A stretch of 64,000 nt of DNA from Octopus vulgaris (Eukaryota), in NCBI GenBank assembly GCA_951406725.2, contig OX597821.1:56048001-56112000 (forward strand). Reading direction: 5' to 3'. Made by a program: the position numbers and the translations under genes. The notes beneath the pieces were generated by a model that was given only the letters and a program-made list of their open reading frames with translations, searched no databases and was not told the origin of the DNA. Shown here in pieces: positions 11,900 to 25,025 of the stretch (its first letter is position 1; each line of letters begins with the position of its first letter).

Positions 11900-13850
11900 A
11901 CAGTAAAATTATAAGTGATTCAGAAAAACTGATAAGGAATTGGAACCCCAAGATTAAACAGGTCCTATTTAGGCAACAATTTGTGCTTCTAACACTTGTG
12001 TTTGTGGACTTCTGAGCAATATTATTTGATGCCCCAGCAATAGTATGGCATCATATTTTTGTTTCAATACTTCTGGTAACATTCTTCCATCGTTATGAGA
12101 ACCTGATGAAAGCACCCTCTCTGTTCATCATCTGTAGCCTCAAGGTTCTCAGGGAATTGATCAGGAAATAGAACTTGACACTCATGTTGCACCAAGATCG
12201 TTAAAAGTCAACAGCATTCTAGTAACCACAACTTCATATTTCTCTGCATTTTTTATTATTAGATACGTTTTATACAATTGCCACGAGAAACAGCCACACT
12301 ATCCTCTCCTTGTCAGTCATGTTCCAAACAAATTAATTCGCCATCACACACAAAGGCACGAATTTAAGGTCCATGGAACGCACCTGCTTTGATCTTGTCT
12401 AAAAAGATGCAGAAAAAGCAGAAATGTTGGGAACATTCAAGATCGGTAGTCAATACCTCCAGTAATTGTCTCAAGTTGAGCTTGATATAGTTAGGAGGAA
12501 AAATTATCTTCTCTCGGCTCACGATTGGCCCATTCCCAATGTTGGCATGCATGCTTCCAGATTTTATCGGATCGACCACTCCTTGCGAGCCCATTGTTTT
12601 CTCTCGAGCTCAGCTGTCCCATGTGAAGAGATAACACGGAAGCCTTTCTGCTGACCAAGCAGGAAGTTGACCATGTTCAAATCTGCACAAATCATCAGTT
12701 ATGCTTGCGGTATTTGAGTAAGTCAATTACCATATTTATGCTATTATATTCTCGAAAATGCATCGGGTGACCATCTGGAACCACTTCATTAATATTGGCA
12801 TACTGTAAGATAACATACTTGAGGTTGCAGTTAGAGTTATCCAGAAATAATCACTATTCTGACTGACTATATGAAGTAACTCTTAATTGTCTTAGAGGAC
12901 CTAGGATATCGTGGCAGTAAACAAACTGCCTTATCTTCTGAATATAAGATCGCAAAACTCTGGACTTGCTTTCTAAAATATGAAATGCTTGCAGACCGGT
13001 TAAGCAGATTTTTTCTTGCAGCTTAGAGGCTCTCTCAGCCGCTGTTTTGAAGAGCACCATATCACGCATTAAGTCATTCAATTCCGTTCGGATAAACTGC
13101 TGAGGGACTGAAGACTGTTTGGTAGCTTTCGGATTCCGAAGCTTTTTATCACAATTCCCTGTTCTTCCTGTTCATGTTAACTGTCTTTATCTTCAGAGGA
13201 AGTAAAACCATTAACAACTTGATTCAGAAGTTCCTCAGAGTGCAGAGTACATCGAATTGCTGTGGAAATACCAGGTCCTATGCTGTTTTTTTTTTTTGCC
13301 TACACCTTTCATGTTGACCAAGTAAAAATAGTAGTGAGTTATGTGGACCTTGGGGTTTTGCCAAAACATGGGAACACAAAAAGGCAGGCCCTTTCGTTTT
13401 CCTTTCATCCAGTCATGAAGCATTTCCTCACAACTATGAAACAATATGAGGAACACATTTCTGATATTGGTCGTCAAGGGGAGCTCGAAAAAAAATCCCT
13501 TATAGGCACGTCTTTATGTGTAAATACCTTAAAAAACCTAGATCAGATTTGAAGTAAAGAAAAACAGGTATAATTTTTTGTAAATAAAATAAATCTCTAA
13601 AATCCAAAATGAATAAGGAAGATAAAAAAATTGTTGTTTGTAAAAAACAAAAATAACCTTATTGGTCTGAGGTGAGGGTAGATCTAAACAACAATGAATA
13701 CTTTTTGCAAATATCCTAAGTTACACATTGCATGGAAACCAGAGCATGTGGACGAAAACCGATTTCAGATTCGAAATTAGCATTTAAAAAATACGTATAA
13801 TCAGTTGAAAAATCTTATGCAACATGACATAAGAATTTGTTCTTCAGTGT
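11900..13850 (-). mobile_element. Chapaev3-like (CMC superfamily) DNA transposon, decayed
   Basis: Minus-strand peptides WMKGKRKGLPFCVPMFWQNPKVH, LNDLMRDMVL, KIIFPPNYIKL, KIKAGAFHGP, MMPYYCWGIK; 5' terminus CACTG (cagtg on + strand near 13845-13849). Confidence 0.7.
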
Positions 13851-14860
13851 TTCCATAGAATTTCACTCGACAGAAATCATATCGTTGGCCACTGAATAAG
13901 GAGAAATATTGAAAGTGGTAAAGGTGATGACCATTTACAACTGTCTCAGCAATTTGTATTCGGTGAGAGCTTTAAGCTTAGTTTGTAGAGACAGCTTTCT
14001 TGAGAAAAAGGACACAGAACAATATATCTCAACTTGTAAATGGAAAAAGGTTAGAGTTTGGTGAGGGCAGCGTGTAAGTAGAAAACATTGTTTAAGAGTA
14101 GTAGCAACCCTATTTTCTGGATTGGTGGCCCTTTTGCACTTAAATGATGAATATTTGAAATTGCTGATGTTGTCAGTCCCCTCAATATAAGTATTAATTC
14201 TGTTAACAACTTTTCTATTGCTGAATGCGAACCATAAACCTGCTTGTAACATTCTGTCTTTTGATCATTGCTAAATGAAATGTCTTTCAAAGTGGCTGTC
14301 AAAGAACCTTTGTAGAATCAATATTGGCTTTGTATCTGACGTCGTCTTCGAAACAATTAAACGAACACCAATTCTTTAGATAATATAGCAGAAAGGAAAC
14401 TCTGCAGATGTAATGAAACAAGAATTTAACATATATTTAGAATAAAATGGAAAGGTTAGCATGGAAACATTTAGAAGCATTGTAGTAAAAGTGTAGAACA
14501 TGTGATGTATCTGTTAATTGACTCAGCTCTCCATACAAGTGATTTTATCACTTGTATGGTGTAGAACGTTAATTAACTAATTTAGCTACGTAAACTGAGC
14601 ATGCATATCATTGTACTAGCATCTCAAGTTGTTGATATTGTCATTACTTTTGACAACGTAAAATATATACTAAAACGAACTGTCATAATTTTTAATAAGC
14701 ATGATTTCTTTTTCTCCAAGATATCTGATTATATACTTATTGCTAACAAATACAATTTTCTCGCTAGAAAATGTGGAACTCGTAGCATACTAGAACGGAG
14801 ATTTACCATTGGTTGGAGTATGTTAGTGTACGAATGTACTAGAATATAATCGTAATATAA

Positions 14861-14887
14861 AGCAGCAGCAGCAGCAGCAGCAGTAGC

Positions 14888-14952
<65 letters not shown>

Positions 14953-14962
14953 CAGCAGCAGC
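14861..14962. repeat. (CAG)n-(TAG)n-(CAG)n microsatellite
   Basis: Direct reading. Confidence 0.95.
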
Positions 14963-15259
14963 ATTTGTGGTTGTGGTGGTGGTAGTGGCTGTAGTGGTGG
15001 GATGGTGATGGTAGAAGGATGACGAAGAATTATTGATGCTTGGCCCAGGACAGTTCTGATCGAGCAGAGTTAGGACCGAAACCTTCCAACTGGGACTATG
15101 TTGTCATTTTAGGGAAGCATATATCACATTATCAAATGCATCATTTCTGTATGAAAATACCGGAGTTTGATTTGAGGAGAATTTGGCTGCAACTTTTAGC
15201 AATTCGATTTAGTGTGTAGGAGCTACCTCATTAACTCGCATAGTATACTGCACTAGAGC

Positions 15260-15790
15260 AGAAGCGTGATCGAATGGCTAGAAGTTCAGGAATATCCGTG
15301 TGAGTGAACTTGAGTTGATGAAAACTATTTGGAATTCCATCGAATGAAACATACTTCTAATTCAAAAGTTCAATCTTGTCATACACTGTGTCACGTTGCT
15401 TTTACACACGAATTACGTGTTTGTGGTGAAGGTGCGTTGCCTCGTGTTTTGGGTGTTGCACTCTCAATGACAACAGCGAGGTTTCGATTCTCGGAGCGGG
15501 TGGATTACTGTGTTCTTGCATAAATAGCTTCATTTCACATTGCTCTATTCCACTCGTAGTAAACTATTAACTCTGCTACTGACTGGCGTCCTGTTCTGAA
15601 GGATTGTTATGATTTCAGCCTCTAATATGCCATGAAAAAACCATGTAACCAGCTCTAAGAGTCGTAGGGCTCGAGACAGTACTTACTTTGCTTGCATGTC
15701 AGCGGAGTACTCAGCCACTTTACACGTCAATTCAAATCATTCAGTTGTTCAATTAATTGAATAACCATTGTGGAAATCTGATGAAGATTA
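15260..15790 (+). mobile_element. Degenerate nested tRNA-derived SINEs (family C-like split by a second SINE)
   Basis: cttgtcatacactgtgtcacg and ggagtactcagccactttacacg match the family C 3' half; internal ggtttcgattctcgg B box. Confidence 0.55.
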
Positions 15791-16007
15791 CTTTTCTTAA
15801 ATGTAATAGTGCAGAAGTACGGTACAATTCTACATTATATACCAACGACCAACGCAGCAAAATCTAGTGCATTAGTATTCCAAAATAGTGTCTGATAGTC
15901 TTAGACAGAATTAATGGTGATTTTGTGATTGCATATAACATCATGCTACGATTTAAATATCTTTGCTGTCTGAGATGTATATGAGTGTGTGTCTATATGT
16001 GCGAGTA

Positions 16008-16430
<423 letters not shown>

Positions 16431-16451
16431 CATAAAACATAAAAATGATAC

Positions 16452-16837
16452 ATTGGCTGTGTGGTACGTAGCTTGCTTACTAACCATATGGTTCTGAGTT
16501 CAGACCCACTGTGTGACACCTTGGGCTAGTGTCTTCTACTACAGTCTCGGGCCGACCAAAGCCTTGTGAGTAGATTTGGTAGACAGAAACTGAAAGAAGC
16601 CCGTCATAATATATGTGTCTGTCTGTCTGTGTGTGTGTGTGTTTATCCCCAACCGTCGCTTGACAACCGATTCTGGTGTGTTTACGTTCCTGTAACTTAG
16701 CGGTTCGGCAAAAGGTACCAATAGTATAAGTACTAGGCTTACAAAGAATAAATCCTGGAGTCGATTTGTTCGACCAAGGGTGGTGCTCCATCATGGCCAC
16801 AGTCAAGTGACTGAAACAAATAAAAGAGTAAAAGAGA

Positions 16838-16840
<3 letters not shown>
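16452..16840 (+). mobile_element. SINE family B, near full length
   Basis: ggctgtgtggta...gttcagacccactgtgtgacaccttgggctagtgtcttc...gactgaaacaaataaaagagtaaaagag. Confidence 0.85.
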
Positions 16841-16882
<42 letters not shown>

Positions 16883-16887
16883 TGCAT

Positions 16888-18179
16888 AATATTTTATACA
16901 CGGAAAGAAATCCACTATGTGGATTTGTGGATTTTTTACATGCTAGAAAAGGCAGTCAAGATCCATACCATTCTTCTTTAAAGGCACGTTGCTTGTAGGC
17001 GTGCGGGATAAATGAATGAAATGAATGAAAAAACCAGTTAATCTTACATGCATGAGTCTCACTATTCATGATCAATTAAATCAATTAATTAATCAATAAA
17101 CTGATTAATAGCCATCCGTTGATCGTCATTAAGATCGCTGGACAATGCATTATTATGAAACTACAATACGTATCGCAAAAACACATGCCTGCTTAGTACC
17201 ATCTTTATACATATAAGAAATCTTTATAGCATATAGGAAATCCTCATGATGGACTTCTCGCCGTGTATAAAATCTTATGCGCTATTATATAGAAACTAGC
17301 AGTATCGCCCGGCGTTGCTCGGGTTTGTAAGGGAAATAACTATAAAGCATTTTTAGAGAGTTATAGCCAAAAAATAGCAAAAAAATGGAAAAATATGGTA
17401 AATTTATTTTTGAATGTTAAAAAAGGTGGAGTTGCGTCCCCTAGACAGTCTGTGGTTTGTGTTTCTAATTCTCGACCCCATGTCGAATTTATCGATTTTT
17501 TCAGAACTGGGGGAACTTTTCAAAATTTTCGCTGCGTTAGTTTTGAATTATGACATTGGGGCTATGTGTGTGTCGAGTTTCATCAGAATCGGTTGAAAGC
17601 CGTGGTTAGGGTGAGGGTACAACCTAACAGACACACAGAAACACACACAGACAAACTGCCGTTTATATATAGAGAGATATTCGTGTCTTCTGACTTTTAA
17701 TTGCGCATACTGACCACTAGTAAAAAAATTATTATTATTTTCAATAATTTTTACTTTGCATTTAAATAGTTAGATATTTCGATTCTTCGACTGGGTATCA
17801 CGCTGTTGAATTTACTCACTGCGGTACATTTCTGGCTCGGCACGATATATAATAGTGAACAAAAATTTATACAAGGAGAGAAATATACCACGTGGATGTT
17901 TTACATGCTATAAAGATTTCTTACATGTATAAAGATGGAATTCAGTATGCATGTGTTTTTCTGTACATATTGTAGTTTCATAATTATGCATTGTTCATGG
18001 ATCTTACTGATGATCTACGGATGGCCAATTAATTAATTGATTGATTAATTAATTTATATAATTAATCATTAATAGTGAAACTCATGCGTATAAGATTAAA
18101 TGATTTTTTCATCCATTTAAATGCCCACCGCCTTCCTTAAAGAAGAATCTTTCTTTTCGTGGTATGGGTCCTGATTGCC
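16888..18179. repeat. Two inverted copies (16951-17290 and 17847-18179) of a non-coding repeat that itself has inverted ends
   Basis: For example catctttatacatataagaaatctttatagcat vs atgctataaagatttcttacatgtataaagatg; 16890-16945 is also inverted relative to 17227-17273. Confidence 0.8.
17296..17677 (-). mobile_element. Non-autonomous Helitron
   Basis: Minus strand A|TCTCTCTATATATAAACGGC ... cccgagcaacgccggg hairpin ... CTAG|T; AT target site preserved (a17295, t17678). Confidence 0.85.
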
Positions 18180-18219
18180 CTGCTTTTTTTTTTTTCTTCT
18201 TCTTCTTCTTCTTCTTCTT

Positions 18220-18251
<32 letters not shown>

Positions 18252-18552
18252 ATGCTATAAAGATTTCTTACATGTATAAAGATGGAATTCAGTATGCATG
18301 TGTTTTTCTGTACATATTGTAGTTTCATAATTATGCATTGTTCATGGATCTTACTGATGATGGATCTTCTTCTTCTTCTTCTTCTTCTTTCGTACCAAGA
18401 GTTCACAATGACCTCGATCCCACAAGAGTAAATAAGAGAGACAGAGACAGGTAGAAACAAGGAAATGCCCCTTGTACTTGAATACTATGCAAATATTCTT
18501 TTAAAAAACTTTTCTTTTAATTTTTCCAATATTTAATTGCTTTCCATACGTA

Positions 18553-18588
18553 CAGTTGAAAAAGTCTCAATGACTGAAACCGATACTG
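18553..18588 (+). ncRNA. Degenerate minimal type-I hammerhead ribozyme motif
   Basis: cag-TTGAAAA(CUGAAGA-like)-AGTC tcaat GACT-GAAA-ccga-TA-ctg; stems I and II pair, core carries transitions. Confidence 0.55.
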
Positions 18589-18670
18589 AAATGCTTTTAA
18601 TAAAATTATTTTAGCATTTTCAACCTTGACTTTTTTCCATATATATCATCTCGTGTATTCATTTTCAACC

Positions 18671-18671
<1 letters not shown>

Positions 18672-18752
<81 letters not shown>

Positions 18753-18870
18753 GTGTATGTATGTTTGTATGTATGTATGTATGTATGTATGTATGTATAT
18801 GTATATGTATATATATATATATACATACACATATATATATACATATATGTATATGTATATATATATATAT
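18672..18870. repeat. (TA)n/(TATG)n microsatellite
   Basis: Direct reading. Confidence 0.95.
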
Positions 18871-19022
18871 ACGACGGGCTTCTTTACAGTTTCCGTCTAC
18901 CAACTCCACTCACAAGGATTTGGTCGACCCGTGGCTCTAGTAGAAAACACTCGCCCAAGTAGTGGGACGGAATCCAGAACCATGAAGTTGGAAAGCAAGC
19001 TAATTACCACACAGCCACGCCT
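18870..19022 (-). mobile_element. SINE family B 5' half
   Basis: Reverse complement of the family B head: accacacagccacgc, gacgggcttcttt. Confidence 0.8.
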
Positions 19023-19299
19023 CGTTCTTTTAAAGGTTCCAGCCAGTGGCACGTCAATGTAGTAGGGCATCGCCATCAGTCTAAAAAGGCACTCTTAATG
19101 ATAAATTTCGAAGTTAAGTGTTCACTGCTTGCTGAGTGACTTCATTGGAGATTGGACAACAAAGTGCATATAAACATTGCTAAAATAGTCTTATGAATTT
19201 AAAGGGACAGATGTAAATCGGAGTGTATGTTGACGTCCCTAAATGTATATTAAAGCTGTATACGTCATGTAATTCACAATGAAAGATAGTGTCACCAGG

Positions 19300-20900
19300 T
19301 GATGATTAACATGTGTTTTATTCATATAGTATTGGTATAGTATGACATAATAATCAGTATGCTTCTATTAGTGGTCTCTCTTATTGATCTACTTTTGGAG
19401 AGAACCAGAATGATTATAATAACAACTGGTGGAAATTCCCCAGATACGTCTCCTACATGAATAATGTACAGTTAAATGGAAGCTCACCATTTTCATTAAT
19501 TCAGAGATAAATAACTGAAATAATTCTGGTTAAGAAAGACAGGTGAAATAACTCAAAATACAAATGCCATGTTGAATAAAATTTAAATACGAGCAGTCTC
19601 ACTGGCTGTACGGTGACAACGCCAGACGTATTGTATCCGCAATTATGTTTGATTAAGTGTCGTTGCTTTAGGATAAAAGACTTTGGTATTGGAGAATTAG
19701 AGTTGCTTTCTTTTATGGTTTGGATAACTTCCAGTATTATGTAACTTTACTGTTTGTGAAATATTCGCTGAAGCACTCTAGATAACTTTTAGTTGTTCTA
19801 ATTAAATAATTTTTGTAATAGTTGTTCTTTGTTGAAAAGTCTTGGCACACAGCACTTTATGTTCAAGCGATACCTTTATTTTGTAAAAGTTAGAATTTAC
19901 ACTTGGTAGACTAATTGAATAGGTACTCTATTAATTATAAATGTGAATTATTTGTCCGTTGCAAGCTCACTGCAGGAGGTTAAATGTGGTTTATAAGTGC
20001 ACGGTTATCAATAAACTCCAAAACTCTACCGAGATTTATATTGGGGTTACTATTGATTTGAAACAAAGATAATCTGCGCATTTAACCTCACTTAAATAAT
20101 AAATACATAGCAGATCTACTCTCGCAGAGCATATGCACGACCTTATGAAAAAGAGCATACGACATAACATAGCTTATTCCATCAATGACTCAGGTCTTCC
20201 ATACCAAGGCCAAAAGTACCCCATGTTGAGGGAATCTATATAAATTCTGTCATATATCTCAACACAGTTATTAAACAAGCAACATGAAGCCTTCTCTAAC
20301 TGCTCATAAATTTTTAAATCATTTAAATTTTACAAGTTTAATTATGATAAAACAATTACCTCTGATTCTCAGAGATATATAGTTTAGGCATTATATGAGC
20401 TCACTTAATTAAATTAGTATATCTACATTACCATCATATCCTTTTATCTTTTATTTCATAGAACCTCATTCTTTCCATTAATTCATATTTACGCATCTAA
20501 CCTAGATTGTAATTAATCGAATACACTTTCCGATTCAACAAATTTGTTATTAATTGAAAACCACAAGTCCTTCTCTTCACACGGTTATGGAGTTATACAT
20601 TGAGTAATAAAATACATAATTAATTTAATTTTCCAAATCTTTTCACTGACTTACTTATATGATATCTATTTTCCATTGTCCGTTATTACTGTATTTCCCT
20701 CATCATTGGACGACCCTATAATTTCACTCTACATAAACTTAGTAAATAGATGTCTTTTATTTATTTTCTATTTGTCATCTTTAGATTATTTTTGTTCTTT
20801 GATTTCCAACGAAGGAGCATACACTTCCATTAACACTATAAATTTTAAAATTTTGATATTATGGGCATCTATTTCTAGCACCACTATAACCAGGTGAGCC
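19300..20900 (-). mobile_element. Highly decayed RTE-like LINE RT region
   Basis: Minus-strand remnants: NDEGNTVITDNGK (pre-RT), DNRAL...ELA (YADD region), and a KAFD...LW..L..G-like stretch near 20180-20260. Confidence 0.35.
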
Positions 20901-21329
20901 CTAAATCTCCCCGCACCGCTAGTCTTAATCACACTCTCTATAATTCAAGATCTTCGTTATCTTTTACTACACCTTTATTACCATACTAATCCCCTCTCTC
21001 CCACTCTCGTCACCTTAGAACTCTGGCCAGCGCTGATGGTCAGCTAGAGAATGAAAGCATCTGACATCTGCTATTCCTCATCCTTTTATCTATCTGCCTT
21101 TGTATATACACCCCCTAACCTCTTTCGACAAACAGCCCTCACTATGCAGACTAGTATATATCTACTTTAGTGCATCTACTCTTCTGTCTTTCCTTTACAC
21201 TGTAGCATATTATTCCTACTTAACTCTAATTCACTTTCTATTCTGAAATGGAACTGATAACTTCCACTATTCCTTGCCAGGAGAACTTTTATTTTCTGGC
21301 ATAAAATCTAAGAGCTGTTTTAGACTAAT

Positions 21330-22560
21330 ATTGGGTGCTGATTCCAAAACTAACCTCAGATTTGCTCTATCACATCACCTTTTTTTGCGATCGGTTCACA
21401 CTTTTGTTTACCTGAAGCCTAAAAGAAAGTTAATTTAACACCACAATCTGCGGAAATTTTGGACTAGATTGTAATGCTAATTTTGAATATGTTCAAACTT
21501 AGTTTTGCTTTAAAACCCTTCTTCTTTTCAGGTGTGAATTTAGTCTCCGTGATCCAGTTATGGATACAACTTCAAAAAGAAGGACGTGTTCAAAAGATTG
21601 ACCCTGATATCTTCCGTTACATCTTTGGAAACTTCACTCCACAGATTCAAATGCACAACACTAATAACTTTGTCAAAAAGGTGTATCTTGCTTACTTTAA
21701 AGTAGCACTTGGAGACCAGGAAAAAACCTGGGATCCCCACGAAGTTTGCAAAACCTGTGCTGAAACTTTGTGTGATGAAGCAATTCATCAAAGTTCATGA
21801 TCACAGTGGAGATTGCTTCACATATATATGTACAATCTTTCCAAGTCACAGTGACGAGAAGAAGAAGGCAGGAATATTTGATGGACCTCAAATGAAAACA
21901 CTACTCAGTGATCCATATTTTGTTACACGATGAGTACGGCGGAGGCTAGAGATTGGAAAGTCTTCCCTGATGTGGTGTGGAATTTCTTTGGGAACAGGAA
22001 AGCTGACAACAATCAAGAAATTGAGGATGAGCTGCTCTTGAGTTTGCAAGCGTTTGGATGTAGAATGAGCATTAAATTGCACTACTTACACAGTCACCTG
22101 GGTGAATTTGCAGAGAACATGAGTCACGTTAGCGAAGAACAAGGTGAATGAGTTCATCAAGATGTAAATGTAATGGAAGAATGGGGCTCAAACATGACGG
22201 CAGATTACTGCTGGAGTTTAATGAGAGACATTCCAGAAGCTGTGCACAAGAGATCGCCAAAAAAGCGGAAGTTCTTGCAGTACACAATGATCAGAGATTT
22301 TGTATTCATACATATTGATTTGAAACAAAGATAATCTGCGCATTTAACCTCACTTAAATAATAAATACATAGCAGATCTACTCTCGCAGAGCATATGCAC
22401 GACCAAGTTTAATTCTTATATGCCAATGTGCATTTAGTCACACATCTATGTGTTTTGATTTATTAGAGTAAAAAAATACATTGTCTATTAAAAAATGCAT
22501 TTACGTATGTTGTTTGATTCTTCCTTTATGAGCATTAAATAGCTGTTTCTAGCAACTCAA
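21330..22560 (+). mobile_element. Chapaev3-like transposon with large internal deletion
   Basis: PDIFRYIFG...YLAYFKVALGDQEKTWDPHEVCKTC (N-terminal Cys-rich region), KKAGIFDGPQMK, GCRMSIKLHYLHSHLGEFAENMSHVSEEQGE, MTADYCWSL. Confidence 0.75.
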
Positions 22561-22579
22561 AAATATGATGTGATAGACA

Positions 22580-23130
22580 AAATCTGTTTCCGTCAACCAA
22601 ATCCACTCACAAGGTTGACCCGAGGCTATAGTAGAAGACACTTGCCCAAGGTACCACGCAGTTTGACTGAGCTCGGAACCTTGTGGTTGGGAAAAAAGCT
22701 TCTTACCATACAGAAACAGCAGCGCTTATGTCAAGATATGTTCTTGATCCCCAAACAGAAGATAAACTGTTTAAACTTCAAATTTTTATAAATTTTTACT
22801 GATATTTGATAAGATGAGCTTCACCATCGAAACCGGTAATATTCTCTTTATATAATTTTTAAAATTATTTTTGTTAGATTCCTTCTTAAACTGAAATGTC
22901 TTAGTCTCCAGTACTATTTCCACCTCCATCTTTCATATATAAAAATTTTATTTGTATAGATTTCTACACTTTTTTCAACCTATACATATATAAATACGAA
23001 TATCTTTCAACTTTTGCTTAAAAAGCCCCCTCACAACGCCTTGGTCGGTGGCAGCTCTAGTAGGTGCCACGCAGTGAGACTGAATCCGAAAACATGTGGT
23101 TAGAAAGCAAAGTTGTTACCACACAGCCAC
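22580..23130 (-). mobile_element. Two degenerate family B SINE 5' halves (22580-22725 and ~23000-23130)
   Basis: agaagacacttgcccaaggtaccacgcag; accacacagccac. Confidence 0.7.
22801..22843 (+). ncRNA. Degenerate minimal type-I hammerhead ribozyme motif
   Basis: gatat-TTGATAA(CUGAUGA-like)-GATG agcttcac CATC-GAAA-ccgg-TA-atatt; palindromic stem III ACCGGT. Confidence 0.6.
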
Positions 23131-23477
23131 ACTTAAACCTATTGTAACTTGCACCTTTAGCAAACACACCCGTGCTTATATACGTATAGGTCCTTCCATA
23201 ATGTCATCTAATAGGATTTTTATAGTATTCTGTATCCTCCAAGATTACTGCATTCCCTTTATCAGCCTCTTTAGTTTCTAATTCTTTGTACATGGTTTAT
23301 ATCAATATGAAATAATAAGACAACGTAATATCAAGATAGCAAAAGAAAATTTAGGTCTTTTTGTTGGTTTAGGTTTTAATGCTTAACTGTTTAGGCAGAT
23401 GACGTTATAGAGATTGATTTTTAAGCATAGATAACAAGATTAATAAAGAGATAAATAGTGGCAGGCTGTTGTGCGAG

Positions 23478-23497
23478 TAGATTAGATTAGATTAGAT

Positions 23498-23561
<64 letters not shown>

Positions 23562-23566
23562 AAGAC

Positions 23567-23621
<55 letters not shown>

Positions 23622-23676
23622 CAGGCAGACTGACAGACAGACAGGCTGACTGACAGACAGACAGACAGACAGACAA

Positions 23677-23756
<80 letters not shown>

Positions 23757-23782
23757 GTAGGTAGGTAGATAGGTAGATAGAT
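23478..23782. repeat. (TAGA)n/(CAGA)n tetranucleotide microsatellite
   Basis: Direct reading; source of the LSIY ORFs. Confidence 0.95.
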
Positions 23783-24370
23783 AATGAGTACAGACTTCCT
23801 CTTTCTGTTGGTGTTAAGAGGTGGGAAATATCGAAAATTGGAGGGGAACGCCGAAGACAAAACAAATAAAATATTAGGAAAACCCTTTCATTGTAAAATC
23901 TTAATTTTACTAAACTTAGCAAGCAAAGGGAAGTACATAAAATGGTGCATATAGAAGGTTGACGGTTATATAAATGATAGATGAGTATCAATACGTTAGA
24001 AAGAAGGGATTAAAACTATAGTTCAGTGATTTGAAGTTATTTCAAAATTGTCAAGAATGCACTCGTACACACACGCACACACACACACTCACACACACAC
24101 AAACTCTCACACACACACTCACACACACACACACACACACACTCACTCACACACACAACACACAAATGACAATTAAAATATTCAATGATAATTGCATTTT
24201 AGGATATGGAAATTTTACGTTATGAGCAACTATTTTCAAGAAATCAATATTTTTCTTTTTGTCAAATTTCGAATATGCTTATTCGCAGCTCTGTATTTCT
24301 TCTCTTGGCTGGTTTCCCCTCGTTTGATATATTCTTAAAACTTGGCAATTATCTGTATCCGTTGTGACCA

Positions 24371-24450
<80 letters not shown>

Positions 24451-24958
24451 ACACACATCGCAACAGAATGAAATGACAGTTTAGAAGTTAGGCTCATTGT
24501 TACCGTTCTTATATCTCCGTGTTTTTCTTTTTTTTATGTTTATAGAAGATCAGCTCAGAATAAGACGACAACTACTACTCGCAGCAGTTATTCAATGCCT
24601 ATTCCATTTACAGAAGTAAGAAACAACAGTTTTTTCCTCACACGTAAATTGAACTGAAACCAAAATAAACATTACAAATTGAAACCAGAAGAAGAAATGG
24701 GTATATCTCGGCGGTATTCTGACCTGAATACTGATAACAAATTTTCTTGATAATTGCATACATGCACAAATGTATGCACATTCTGCAAAGAAACTGCGAA
24801 CGACAAGAAACACGACCAAGACGAACACAATAACAAACCACAATACGGACACGTGACAGCCACTTACGATTTCACAAAAACAAGTGAGTAATACAAAACG
24901 TTAAAATCACAGCTTGCATCGAGGTACATGAATATACATACTACATACATATATACAT

Positions 24959-25025
<67 letters not shown>

